Source of the DNA: Vampirovibrionaceae bacterium NZW_1234
GTDB taxonomy: Bacteria; Cyanobacteriota; Vampirovibrionia; Vampirovibrionales; JAGQHJ01
DNA length: 64,000 nucleotides
Assembly: GCA_041697335.1 (NCBI GenBank)
Contig: JBGUGD010000015.1
Span: 64,001 to 128,000 of the forward strand
Reading direction: 5' to 3'
The notes under the pieces are model-generated. The model did not search any database. It saw only the letters and a list, made by a program, of their open reading frames with translations, and had not been told where the DNA came from. Positions 9,681 to 19,676 of this stretch are shown in pieces. A program made the position numbers and the translations under genes. How positions within the stretch are numbered: position 1 is the first letter of the stretch; each line of letters opens with the position of its first letter.

Positions 9681-10206
9681 TCGCTGAGATGAAGGTCTCT
9701 ATTAGAATGCCCTAAAGAAAGGTTAAATGCAACCCCATCGATCCCATTTCAGTCCATTCGTCAAAAAACGACGATGGTCATAGCCAAAGGATTGGCAAAA
9801 CCTGGGTTCTACGCACCGACCATCCTCATACCCCCTAGGAAAAAGGGTCTCGCCATTTGCCTGGACAAAAAAGAAAACGTGCCTTTATGAGAGAAAAGGC
9901 ACGAAAGGTGTGAATGTTTAGAGAGAGAGGAGGGTGAGAGAATATCCCTCTGATAACATGAATGTCGGCTGAACCCAGCGCTTCTATATACCATATTTAG
10001 AGGAGATTTCCGAAAGCAGTCTCCTCTTATCAAAGGAGCAAAAATACTGATAACAGGCTTTTGTTCATTTTTTAAAAATAAACAACTTGTATTACAGTTC
10101 TTTAGGGTTGATTTAAAAGCAACACAAAATCTTAAGAAAATGTTTTTAATCTAATACAAGGTGATTCGAGTAAAGCGATTCGAGAATATTAACGGGGGGC
10201 TTAAGA

Positions 10207-10458
10207 TTGAGTCAACAGAGGGACTGTTCCTCCATGGGAACACAGGATTTGCCTGAAGGATATTCTAAATTTGACAAGCGGTATCAAGATTCCAAAGATT
10301 TTTTGATGCAGCAACTGCGCCATTCTGCTTCCGTGCAAGACTTTCGTACGGTAAAGCAAGCGATTATGCGCTCGATGCAATTTAGCGTCGGTGCTCGCAC
10401 GTTTCAATTTGCCAAAGTTCCCGTTTCTGCGGAACAACAACCTAAGCGCAAACGCTAG
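10207..10458 (+). CDS. small hypothetical protein
   Basis: 83-aa ORF after an AT-rich region; start uncertain (10207 or 10234). Confidence 0.5.
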   Translation: MSQQRDCSSMGTQDLPEGYSKFDKRYQDSKDFLMQQLRHSASVQDFRTVKQAIMRSMQFSVGARTFQFAKVPVSAEQQPKRKR

Positions 10459-10588
10459 CCCACGCTTTTACAAAATTACGGTAAAGCATCTATTTGCTTG
10501 ACCTTAGACGTAAAGATAAGGAGAGAGACTACTCAGTCCTATTGTTTGAGAAGCCCAGCGGATGATGTTCTGCTCATCATCCAAACAA

Positions 10589-13060
10589 TTAACGAAATGA
10601 GACCGGCAGTTGACTCGACAACTGCCGTTTTATTTTTTCCATGGCTGCATCTATCTCTTTATCGGTCAGCGTTGCTGTCTCGGACTGCAGGGTCAGACGA
10701 TAGGCCAAACTACGCGTCCCGGCCTCCAATTGTTGGCCCCGGTACTGATCAAACAGCTCAATATGCCGCAATAAGGGCTCATTGGCCTGATTAACCGCAG
10801 AAACCACCTGTTGATGGGTGACCTGATCCGGTGCCGAAAACGCAATGTCACGCTGCACGGAAGGATAGGCTGTAAGGGACTCCACGGCCAGGGTCTCCGT
10901 TTTCTTTTGGAGCACCTGCCAAAGGACCTCGACATTGAGCTCAAACACGTACACCGGGGCCTTAAACTTCAGGGTCTCCTGCAAGGCCGGATGCAATTGA
11001 CCCACTATACCCAAGGGCTGCTTGCCCAGTTTCAAGGCCGCTGAACGCCCAGGATGCATAGAAGACATCGATGTTTCAGCCACCCAACGCGTGGACTGCC
11101 CTGGCAAAAGAGTCTCTAAGAGGTTTTCCACAATCCCTTTAACCGTAAAGTAATCGGTTTCAGGCGCTTTGTGCCAAACGCCCCGGGCCGGATGCCCGGT
11201 CAATAGTCCGCCCAAATAAAGCGATTCCTCCACGCCGGAATCTTTTTCATTCGCAGAGCGACGTTTCACATATGTCCGGCCGAGTTCAAAGATCCAACAA
11301 TTCTCGTTCCCCTGAGACTGATTGTACTTAGCAATCTCCAACAAGTTGGGGATCAAGCTCTGACGCAAGAACGTATGATCAATCGACTGGGAATTATTCA
11401 CGCGCACGGTGGAATCAGGGTCTTGGCTAAAACCGGTCCGCTGCAATAGGGCGTCCCCAATCAAGGAGTGGGTTGCCACTTCAGACAGCCCCGTAGCAGC
11501 CATCAAGCGTTGGATCTGGCGAAGCAGAAAATCCCTGCGATTTAAGGCGGGTGCAGCCGTTTCCTGAGGCAAGGTATAGGGAATACGGTCATACCCAAAA
11601 ATTCGAATTACTTCCTCAATCAGATCAATCTCCCGATAAACATCCTGGCCACGAAACGAGGGAATGGTCACCCTCCATTGACGATTATCCCCGGCGGACG
11701 AACTCTGAGGTTCCAGTTGGAAACCCAGCGGGGTCAAGATGGCTTCAACATCACTTTCGGCAATGGTCATACCGAGGATGCGTTGAATGCGATCCGACGA
11801 CAGAGGGACCTGCTGGGTCTGGAGTTGCCGATGATCATCCTGAGCAATGGATACCAGGGAAGCCTCGGTCAACTCTTGCAATAATGCAATCGCCCGATAA
11901 AACGCCAGATGGGTTGAGGCTGGATCCACGCCACGCTCGAAACGAGCAGAGGACTCAGACCGCAAGCCAACACTTCTGGCACTTCGACGGTTACTGGCAG
12001 ACGGGAAAAAAGCAGCTTCCAGAAACACACTTTTCGTGGTGTCAGAAATCTCCGTGTCCTGTCCACCCATCACCCCAGCCAACGCTACAGGGCGATCGTT
12101 ATGTGTCACGACCACACTCTGTTCAGTTAGCGTGCGAGCCTGATCATCCAACGTCGTAAAGACTTCACCCGGCTTGGCCACCCGAACCCCGATGGTCCCT
12201 TCAGGGAGCTTCTGGGCATCAAAGGCATGAAGCGGCTGACCGTATTCGAGCATCACATAATTGGTGATATCCACCACTACGTTAATGGAGCGAATACCGG
12301 CACTCAAAAGGCGTTGTTTCATCCAATCCGGTGATTCGCCATTTTGAACTTCGACCAGATAGGCTCCCGCATAGTATTGGCAGACACTCGTGTCCGTTAA
12401 TTTAACCTGATAGTTGCTGGTTCCCGCAGGAGAAGGCGCTTGAGCAGAGGGCAACTTGAGGGGCCGTTTGAACAACGCGGCAACCTCTCGGGCAACCCCA
12501 ATAACAGACATCAGGTCACCACGATTGGCTGTGGGGGCAACCTCTAATACCGTATCAGGCTTCAGGCTCAAGACGGTTTTCAAATCCTGGCCTAAATCGG
12601 CATCGGTCACCAAGTCCGTTAAAGGCCAAATCCCATCGCCTTCTGCAGTGTACTGGTCTTGAAGGCCGAGTTCCTCCAGGGAGCAAATCATCCCTGTCGA
12701 TTCAACCCCGCGAATGGTGGCAGGCTTCAGCTCGAACATGCCACCTTCTTTTCGATTGATGACTTTGGCACCAATTTGAGCGTAGGCAATACACATCCCC
12801 TGAGCCACGTTAGGGGCACCACAAACTACCCGGTTCTGCCCTGCCGGCCCCAGGTTCACCGTGACTAGGCGTAATCGGTCGGCATTAGGGTGTTGCTCCA
12901 CCACATCCACCCGACCAACCACTACACCGGAGAACTGGCCCCCAACGGTTTCAATAGATTCCACTTCCAGCCCTGCATTAGTCAGAGCCTCGGCAATTAT
13001 TTCCGGGGTCAGGCCGCTAATATCTACATATTCATTTAACCAATCCAGAGAAACCCGCAT
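10589..13060 (-). CDS. pheT: phenylalanyl-tRNA synthetase beta subunit
   Basis: HPNADRL, VVCGAPN, NRGDLMS, VDITNYVMLEYGQPLHAFD, RFERGVD, FDX-ACB-type C-terminus. Confidence 0.98.
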   Translation of the reverse strand: MRVSLDWLNEYVDISGLTPEIIAEALTNAGLEVESIETVGGQFSGVVVGRVDVVEQHPNADRLRLVTVNLGPAGQNRVVCGAPNVAQGMCIAYAQIGAKVINRKEGGMFELKPATIRGVESTGMICSLEELGLQDQYTAEGDGIWPLTDLVTDADLGQDLKTVLSLKPDTVLEVAPTANRGDLMSVIGVAREVAALFKRPLKLPSAQAPSPAGTSNYQVKLTDTSVCQYYAGAYLVEVQNGESPDWMKQRLLSAGIRSINVVVDITNYVMLEYGQPLHAFDAQKLPEGTIGVRVAKPGEVFTTLDDQARTLTEQSVVVTHNDRPVALAGVMGGQDTEISDTTKSVFLEAAFFPSASNRRSARSVGLRSESSARFERGVDPASTHLAFYRAIALLQELTEASLVSIAQDDHRQLQTQQVPLSSDRIQRILGMTIAESDVEAILTPLGFQLEPQSSSAGDNRQWRVTIPSFRGQDVYREIDLIEEVIRIFGYDRIPYTLPQETAAPALNRRDFLLRQIQRLMAATGLSEVATHSLIGDALLQRTGFSQDPDSTVRVNNSQSIDHTFLRQSLIPNLLEIAKYNQSQGNENCWIFELGRTYVKRRSANEKDSGVEESLYLGGLLTGHPARGVWHKAPETDYFTVKGIVENLLETLLPGQSTRWVAETSMSSMHPGRSAALKLGKQPLGIVGQLHPALQETLKFKAPVYVFELNVEVLWQVLQKKTETLAVESLTAYPSVQRDIAFSAPDQVTHQQVVSAVNQANEPLLRHIELFDQYRGQQLEAGTRSLAYRLTLQSETATLTDKEIDAAMEKIKRQLSSQLPVSFR

Positions 13061-13065
13061 GGCAC

Positions 13066-14127
13066 CTAACCTCGAAACTGATTCAGAAACCGTAAATCAT
13101 TGTTGTAGAACATCCGCAAATCCCGGATAGAGTATTGAAGCATGGCCAAACGCTCCACTCCCATGCCAAAGGCAAAACCATTGTATTTCTCCGGATCAAT
13201 GCCCACGCCTTTTAGGACGTTCGGATCGACCATACCGGCGCCCAGGATTTCCAGCCAGCCATGATGACCGCAAGTCCGGCAACCATTGCCGTTACACAGA
13301 ATGCATTGGACATCCACCTCGGCACTGGGTTCCGTGAAGGGGAAAAAGCTGTTACGAAATCGGGTCGGACGTTCCTGACCAAAAAAGAGCTTTACAAACT
13401 GGTGCAAAATCCCTTTCAGATCAGAGAACGTAGTCTTTTCGTCCACCAGCAGGCCTTCAATTTGGTGGAACATGACCCCCTTACGACTGCTCACCTCTTC
13501 GTTGCGGTAGACCCGCCCAGGAGACACCACGCGAAACGGGGGCTTCTGGCGCTCCATGTAGCGAATCTGGGCATTGGAGGTCTGGCTTCTCAGCAGAACG
13601 TTCGAGGCCACATCCGTGTAAAAGGTATCCTGCATGTCCCGAGCAGGGTGGTCGGCAGGGAAGTTCAAGGCTTCAAAGTTGTAGTAATCCGTTTCCACTT
13701 CGGGGCACGTGTTATCCTCAATCAGCTCAAAGCCCATGCCGCGGAATATATCCACCACGGATTGCGTCACCAGGGTTAAGGGATGAATCGTACCGGTGGG
13801 TAGATAGACACCCGGCATGGTCACATCCAATGCTTCTTCCGCCAATTGAACCGCCAGTGCCTCTTGCTTGAGGGCGGTTAAACGTTCATCCAGCAGAGAT
13901 TCGATAGTCTGACTAATTTCATTCGCCAGCGACCCAATTTCGACACGTTCCGCATCCGGAACATCTTTTAAACCACGCTTAATGGTGGACAGCGGCCCTT
14001 TACGCCCTAAAAAATGGACCCGATACTCTTCAATCTCCTTCAGAGACGTAGCCTTGCTTAAAGCCGCCTGGGCTTCTGCTTGCAGGCTCTGGAGCTGTTC
14101 TTTCAAATCGTGACTGACTGGACTCAT
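13066..14127 (-). CDS. pheS: phenylalanyl-tRNA synthetase alpha subunit
   Basis: HPARDMQDTF, FHQIEG, FPFTEPSAEVD, GFAFGMGVERLAM. Confidence 0.98.
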   Translation of the reverse strand: MSPVSHDLKEQLQSLQAEAQAALSKATSLKEIEEYRVHFLGRKGPLSTIKRGLKDVPDAERVEIGSLANEISQTIESLLDERLTALKQEALAVQLAEEALDVTMPGVYLPTGTIHPLTLVTQSVVDIFRGMGFELIEDNTCPEVETDYYNFEALNFPADHPARDMQDTFYTDVASNVLLRSQTSNAQIRYMERQKPPFRVVSPGRVYRNEEVSSRKGVMFHQIEGLLVDEKTTFSDLKGILHQFVKLFFGQERPTRFRNSFFPFTEPSAEVDVQCILCNGNGCRTCGHHGWLEILGAGMVDPNVLKGVGIDPEKYNGFAFGMGVERLAMLQYSIRDLRMFYNNDLRFLNQFRG

Positions 14128-14139
14128 GGCAGACCTACT

Positions 14140-15273
14140 CTATACTAAATGCTTGGCAATCACAAGCCGCTGGATTTGGCTCGTGCCTTCAACAATTTCT
14201 GTGGATTTGGCATCCCGGAAATAGCGCTCGACAGGAAAGTCTTTGGTGTACCCATAACCCCCATGGATCTGGACCGCCTGATCGGCAGCCCGCATGGCCG
14301 CCTCGGAGGCATACAGCTTTGCCATTGACGCTTCCTTGGAAAAAGGTTTTCCAGCATCCTTCAAGCGCGCCGCGTGATACACCAAATGCCGAGCCGCCTG
14401 TATCTCTGTTGCCATATCCGCCAATTTAAACTGGATGGCTTGAAAGTCCGCAATGGGTTTTCCGAATTGCTTACGCTCCTTGGCATACTTAAGGGAATCC
14501 TGAAGACAGGCTTCCGCAATCCCCAAGGCCATGGCCCCAATACTGATCCGGCCAGCATCGAGACTGCTCATAAAGATCTTAAACCCTTGTTCGGGCTCTC
14601 CCAACAGATTCTCGCGAGGCACCTTGGCATCTTCCAGGACCAGCGTACCCCAATCCGATCCCTGAATACCGAGTTTCTCATCAGCAGGCTCGACTTTAAA
14701 ACCTGGGGTCTCTTTTTCCACAATAAAGGCCGACAAACCTTTGCCATCCGATATGTCTTTGTTGGTTCGGGCCGTCAAGACAAACACCGAGGCTAAATGG
14801 GCATTGGTAATAAACATCTTTGTGCCGTTTAAGAGATAGTGGCCATTCTGTGTTACAGCCTTGGTCAGGCCGCTCCCGGCATCCGATCCGGCATTGGCTT
14901 CTGTCAGTCCAAAGGCCGCCATTTTTACGCCCGTCACCAAATCCGGCAGATAGGCTTGCTTTTGGTCTTCAGAGCCATAATTGTAGATAGGTAAAATGCC
15001 GACCGTGGTATGCACGCTTAGCGTAACAGCAACAGAAGCAGAGGCTTTGGCCAACTCTTCAATGGCCAGCAAATAGGTTACCGAATCTGTTCCCATCCCG
15101 CCATACTCCTCGGGAAACTGGAGCCCCGTGAATCCCAACTCCGCCATCCGTTTCCAAATGGCCCAAAGCGCCTCTTTGCTTTTTTCAATTTCACGCGCCC
15201 GAGGACGAACTTCCGATGACGCAAAGTCTCGAACCAAGTGCTGAATGCTTTTTTGTTCGTCGGTCAAAAACAT
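14140..15273 (-). CDS. acyl-CoA dehydrogenase (short-chain type)
   Basis: LTEANAGSD, GTKMFITN, ERKQFGKPI, QIHGGYGY, EIVEGTSQIQR. Confidence 0.95.
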   Translation of the reverse strand: MFLTDEQKSIQHLVRDFASSEVRPRAREIEKSKEALWAIWKRMAELGFTGLQFPEEYGGMGTDSVTYLLAIEELAKASASVAVTLSVHTTVGILPIYNYGSEDQKQAYLPDLVTGVKMAAFGLTEANAGSDAGSGLTKAVTQNGHYLLNGTKMFITNAHLASVFVLTARTNKDISDGKGLSAFIVEKETPGFKVEPADEKLGIQGSDWGTLVLEDAKVPRENLLGEPEQGFKIFMSSLDAGRISIGAMALGIAEACLQDSLKYAKERKQFGKPIADFQAIQFKLADMATEIQAARHLVYHAARLKDAGKPFSKEASMAKLYASEAAMRAADQAVQIHGGYGYTKDFPVERYFRDAKSTEIVEGTSQIQRLVIAKHLV

Positions 15274-15357
15274 TGGCTTGACGCGCCCTATATCCACTCT
15301 TCTATAATGACTGCCAATAGAATGCGTAATTTTAGCCTGAAAGACTGGTCATTATCA

Positions 15358-15873
15358 ATGCGTGATCTCATTGCCCTGTCCGGGAAGCAGTATGCCGGAA
15401 AAGACCTCCTCGCAGACCTTTTGCTGAAAGAGTTGCCCGAATTTCGAAAGTCCCCGCTGGCTGGAGCCATTAAATCCGAATTTGCCTACCTGTATCATTT
15501 AACACCCCAGGATGTGGAAGCCGAGAAATCCAAGTATCGCACCGGGCTAATTGCCTTAGGCCAGCGCCGCCGCCAACAGGAACCGGACTATTGGATTCGA
15601 CGCGTAATGATGCATACCGGCCCGAAAATCATTTCGGATATTCGGCTTCAACGGGAATATGATTTCTTTAAGACCCGGCGTGCTCTTATGATCCGGGTTG
15701 AGGCTGATCGGGATGTTCGTGCCAGCCGAGGAACCTTGACCGCAGAGAACGACCCAACAGAATGCGAACTGGATACCGTTTCGGGCTGGGATCTGGTCAT
15801 TGTGAATAATGGCTCCCTTGAGGATCTGGCTGCTGCGGTCCCAAATATCGTTACGCTTGTTACGAAAGGTTAG
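15358..15873 (+). CDS. NMP-kinase-fold kinase (animal-type phosphomevalonate kinase / phage dNMP kinase-like)
   Basis: SGKQYAGKD P-loop, IISDIR, RVEA..R..RG, TECELD, WDLVIVNNG. Confidence 0.75.
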   Translation: MRDLIALSGKQYAGKDLLADLLLKELPEFRKSPLAGAIKSEFAYLYHLTPQDVEAEKSKYRTGLIALGQRRRQQEPDYWIRRVMMHTGPKIISDIRLQREYDFFKTRRALMIRVEADRDVRASRGTLTAENDPTECELDTVSGWDLVIVNNGSLEDLAAAVPNIVTLVTKG

Positions 15874-15876
15874 CCT

Positions 15877-16266
15877 ATGTTCGTTAAACCATTGTTCGCG
15901 TTTTTGCTTGCTGGCCTCACCTTGGTGGGGTGTTCAGCCACGCAGCATTCCCCGGCAGACAAATTAGTGACACCCAAAGAGACAAGCACTGCCTCAACGG
16001 ATCCACTTGTGCGAGGCGCATCATTGTATGCCGAAAACTGTGCGGGCTGCCACGGCGCCAAAGGCGAGGGGGGCAGCCCAATGCTGCAAGGCAAGCCCAT
16101 CCATTTCAATGAGCCTGACTACCTCAAGGATATGACTGATACGGAAATTCAGCAAACCATTCTCAATGGTCGCGGCAATATGCCGGCCTTTGCCACCACA
16201 CTCACCCAGGAAGATGTGGTCGCATTAACACAGTATCTTCGTAACCTCCCAAAATCAGGCCAATAA
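15877..16266 (+). CDS. monoheme cytochrome c lipoprotein
   Basis: LVGC lipobox, CAGCHG heme motif, GNMPAF axial Met. Confidence 0.9.
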   Translation: MFVKPLFAFLLAGLTLVGCSATQHSPADKLVTPKETSTASTDPLVRGASLYAENCAGCHGAKGEGGSPMLQGKPIHFNEPDYLKDMTDTEIQQTILNGRGNMPAFATTLTQEDVVALTQYLRNLPKSGQ

Positions 16267-16271
16267 AACCT

Positions 16272-16298
16272 AAAAAAAGCCACCCCTTTCGAGGTGGC
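16272..16298 (-). terminator. terminator of the glycoside hydrolase gene
   Basis: GCCACC/GGTGGC stem plus T7 on the minus strand. Confidence 0.65.
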
Positions 16299-16324
16299 AT
16301 TGGTATAAGTTGATGATGATGTCT

Positions 16325-18370
16325 TTAGAAACGTTTTAACAACACCGTGTTACTAAAGGGTGAAGCACCATTGTTGTTAATGGCCCGAACCCGATAGTAA
16401 ACATCCCGCCAATTGCTGAACGTGGAAAAAGACCATCCTGTGACATTGGCATTAACCTTGCCAGCGACACTGAAGTTACTGTTAGGCTCAAAGCTGGACC
16501 AAATTTCGAACTGTGTCTCATTGGTTGAGTTGTCCTTCCAGTTCAGGATGACTTGCTTCTGGTTGCTGAACTTTTTGTTCGCCTCTTGCACCGTAACAAC
16601 CAGATTAGAGGGTGCCAAAGGTGCCGCCGGAGCAGGAGCCGGTGCGGGAGCCGGCCCAGGTGCGGGAGCAGGTGCAGGAGCTGGCCCAGGTGCGGGAGCA
16701 GGTGCAGGGGCGGATACACCCACACTGATGCTGGCGGTATTGGAGGGTGGTGTCAACCCAGCATCATTGTATGTCCGTACATGGTAGTAATAGGTTCCTG
16801 GGTTTACCGTATCCGTCCATGTTGTGGCGTTTACCCCAATACTGGCGATTTTGGTAAAGCCGGAGGTCGCACTGGTACTGCGCCAGACTTCATAACCGAC
16901 TTCGTTAGTGGCATTGTCACTCCAGCGCATATCGATAGCAAAGGTCCCGTTACTGTTGGTACGAGCTTGCAGGGTCAAATTACTGGGAGTTGCCGGAATA
17001 CCTGCAGGGGCAGGAGCAGGTGCTGGACCAGGAGCAGGCGCTGGTGCCGGACCCGGGGCAGGAGCCGGTGCTGGAGCTGGTCCTGGAGAGGGTGCCGGAG
17101 CAGGAGTACCGGAACTGAGGATAAAGAATACAGGCCCACCATAAGCATTGCCGGTATAACTGGTAATGCTACCAGCTTGAGCCACCTGACTCCCATACAC
17201 GTTATAGGCACCTTGAATGCTCAACGGTTGCGGGAAATTTACTGTGGTATTGTTGAGACTGATAGGCCACCATGCCAGAATTTTCTGGCCATTGGATTGA
17301 TTTTGAAACAAGATGGCCCGCATCCCATTGCCATAATTGACATTGTCCCCAGTACAATTCGCCAAAAGGTTATTGGTATAGGTCAATGCCCGGGTAACTT
17401 CATTATCCCGATCCAGGCGGTACTCGTCCCCGGAATCCATACCGTACATCGTGCTTAAATAGACCCCGGCATAATAGTCGTCCAGCATTAGACGTATATT
17501 CTGCTTGGCCGAAAAGTCCAAGGGCGTTTGTGTAATAGAGGACTGCTGGCTGGGAGCTGCCGAAAACTCGGTATTCACAATGGGTAGTACTCTGCCACCA
17601 TTGTATTGTGACATCCACTGCTTGTATTGTTCAAACCAAGCTTCCTGATTTTCCAAGCCATAGTACGGACCGTTATTACGCTCGTTAGGATGCGGCGGAT
17701 CGTAGGAGTGAATGGCAAAGGCATTGATCCCTTTCAAAGCCCCAGCTGCCATGGCTCGCTTGGTAAAATCGGAATCCCAATACGCGTGAGCAATCCCACC
17801 ATTAACAATGTATGCATTGGGATCGGCTTGTCGCATGGCTGCCGTAGAGGCTTCAACTAACCTGCCAAAGTTCTCGGGGTTGGGGGAAGGCCAGAACTGG
17901 TTCAAATCCGGTTCATTCCAAATTTCCCAGATAACACCCTTGTCTTTGTATCGAGCTGCCGCAGCTGCCGCAAAGCGTGCAAAGGCATCCCGATTCTCCT
18001 GGGTGGAAATACCGGTTTGCGTCCCAGCTCCACCGTTATAAAGGTTGTTGTTGTAGTCCAGCACAAAGATGGGCTTCATGCCGTTTTGGGCTAATGTATT
18101 GTAGAGCTGATCAAAGAAACTGAAGTCATACTGACCTCTGTTGCGCTCAATACTGGCCCAGCTCATATCATACCGAACCCGTCCAAACCCCATGGTTTTG
18201 GCACGTGAGATTCCGGTTTGCCAAGATGAAACCCATGAGAAATTCGAAACAGCGGTCGTATCACGATACAGCGGCCCTGCGGCGAAGGCAGGCATTGCAA
18301 AGCCAACAGTCAGGGTTGCGGCTAAGGCAGATGCCAAGAAGGACTTACGAAATAAAGTTGTGATCGTCAA
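16325..18370 (-). CDS. secreted clan GH-A glycoside hydrolase (GH5/GH39-like) with Pro-Ala linkers and two fibronectin type III domains
   Basis: Signal peptide ending AFA-A, WEIWNEPD acid/base, NTEF nucleophile, PAPAPG linkers, two W.DN.TNE...Y.VR..N..G Fn3 repeats. Confidence 0.88.
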   Translation of the reverse strand: MTITTLFRKSFLASALAATLTVGFAMPAFAAGPLYRDTTAVSNFSWVSSWQTGISRAKTMGFGRVRYDMSWASIERNRGQYDFSFFDQLYNTLAQNGMKPIFVLDYNNNLYNGGAGTQTGISTQENRDAFARFAAAAAARYKDKGVIWEIWNEPDLNQFWPSPNPENFGRLVEASTAAMRQADPNAYIVNGGIAHAYWDSDFTKRAMAAGALKGINAFAIHSYDPPHPNERNNGPYYGLENQEAWFEQYKQWMSQYNGGRVLPIVNTEFSAAPSQQSSITQTPLDFSAKQNIRLMLDDYYAGVYLSTMYGMDSGDEYRLDRDNEVTRALTYTNNLLANCTGDNVNYGNGMRAILFQNQSNGQKILAWWPISLNNTTVNFPQPLSIQGAYNVYGSQVAQAGSITSYTGNAYGGPVFFILSSGTPAPAPSPGPAPAPAPAPGPAPAPAPGPAPAPAPAGIPATPSNLTLQARTNSNGTFAIDMRWSDNATNEVGYEVWRSTSATSGFTKIASIGVNATTWTDTVNPGTYYYHVRTYNDAGLTPPSNTASISVGVSAPAPAPAPGPAPAPAPAPGPAPAPAPAPAAPLAPSNLVVTVQEANKKFSNQKQVILNWKDNSTNETQFEIWSSFEPNSNFSVAGKVNANVTGWSFSTFSNWRDVYYRVRAINNNGASPFSNTVLLKRF

Positions 18371-18944
18371 AACTCCTGTCCCCTAAATTATTCTCTTCTA
18401 CTTACTTCAGATGCAAACGCTTGGTCAGCTAACCAAGCGTACTAAGTTTTGCCTCGCATAGGCCGAGTCAAAAATGAGATTTCTCATATTTCACACATCA
18501 CTTTAAATTTACCACTCCGATTCCCTCCAACTTCCTGCATCAGCGGCTTTTGAGGCAAGGCTGTTGAAGAATCAGAATTACGACCAAAATAGCAATTTAT
18601 TTTTTGGAGGGTCTTTATTGAGGCATCACCAACATTGTCCGCAATGTGGCCTGGGCGAAAGCTATTTTTGGCCTTGGTCAAAAGAAAGGTGCTTCATCTA
18701 TGTGGAACGGGTATAGAACCTTCACAACGTCTCGCTTATTACGTTCGGCTGGGATACTCGCCATATTTCCCAAATATCAGTCACGGCTCAGCTTTATTCG
18801 TGCGGCACTGTCTCACACATCAAAGCCACACCCTCGTAGGTGGTCTCCTTTTTCCTGGCAAAACACTCACTGATTCCCCGGACAACCAGCAAATCTATTG
18901 AGACTATTTATTCCCACACTGGCAAAGACTCATGAAAAGGAAGT

Positions 18945-19676
18945 TTGACATCTATGTCTACCCAAAATGCTCATTCTGTTTCCAACCTCCTCGCCAGTCA
19001 TAATGCTCCCGCCAATATGTCCATTTCTGCCGCATTAACATTCGACTGGCAATGGAACACTCGACCATGGCACTTGATTCAGCAAGGTTTGAAGCGAATC
19101 GGTGATTTTGTACTCGCACTAATCGGATTAATCGGGCTTTTACCGCTATTTTTGGGGATTGCCCTAGCCATCAAGCTCACGTCTCCCGGCCCGGTTTTTT
19201 ATAAAAGCCCTCGAATCGGCAAAGATTTTGAGCCGTTCTCAATGTATAAATTTCGCACCATGAGGCCTGACGCAGACAATCTTCGGGACGGCTTACGGGA
19301 AAAAGCCGAACTCCACGGTGAGCTCTTCAAGCTGAAAAATGACCCACGGATCACCACGATAGGCCGTTTTTTAAGAGCCTCCAGTCTGGATGAACTGCCG
19401 CAACTCATCAACGTTTTACTGGGCCATATGAGCCTCGTGGGACCTCGCCCCTTGCCACCAGATGAAAGTGCGCTATTTGAAGAGCCTTACACTGTCCGGT
19501 TTGCCGTCCTCCCAGGAATTACGGGGAAATGGCAGGTTAGTGGTCGCTCCAGCCTTTCGTTTGAAGAAATGTGTTCATTGGAGTGGACTTATGTGAAACA
19601 GTGGAGCCTTTGGCAAGATGTTCACATTCTTCTTTTAACGATTCCAGCCGTGGTACTCCGGAAGGGTGCCTATTAA
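18945..19676 (+). CDS. bacterial sugar transferase (priming glycosyl-1-phosphate transferase)
   Basis: KR..D, YKFRTM, DPRIT.IGRFLR.SSLDELPQL.NVL.G.MSLVGPRP, PGITG.WQVSGR. Confidence 0.93.
   Translation: MTSMSTQNAHSVSNLLASHNAPANMSISAALTFDWQWNTRPWHLIQQGLKRIGDFVLALIGLIGLLPLFLGIALAIKLTSPGPVFYKSPRIGKDFEPFSMYKFRTMRPDADNLRDGLREKAELHGELFKLKNDPRITTIGRFLRASSLDELPQLINVLLGHMSLVGPRPLPPDESALFEEPYTVRFAVLPGITGKWQVSGRSSLSFEEMCSLEWTYVKQWSLWQDVHILLLTIPAVVLRKGAY

Noticed and set aside
16625..17110. GC-rich short tandem repeats (possible CRISPR or VNTR)
   Set aside because: They are in-frame Pro-Ala/Pro-Gly linkers of the glycoside hydrolase; there are no unique spacers and no cas genes.
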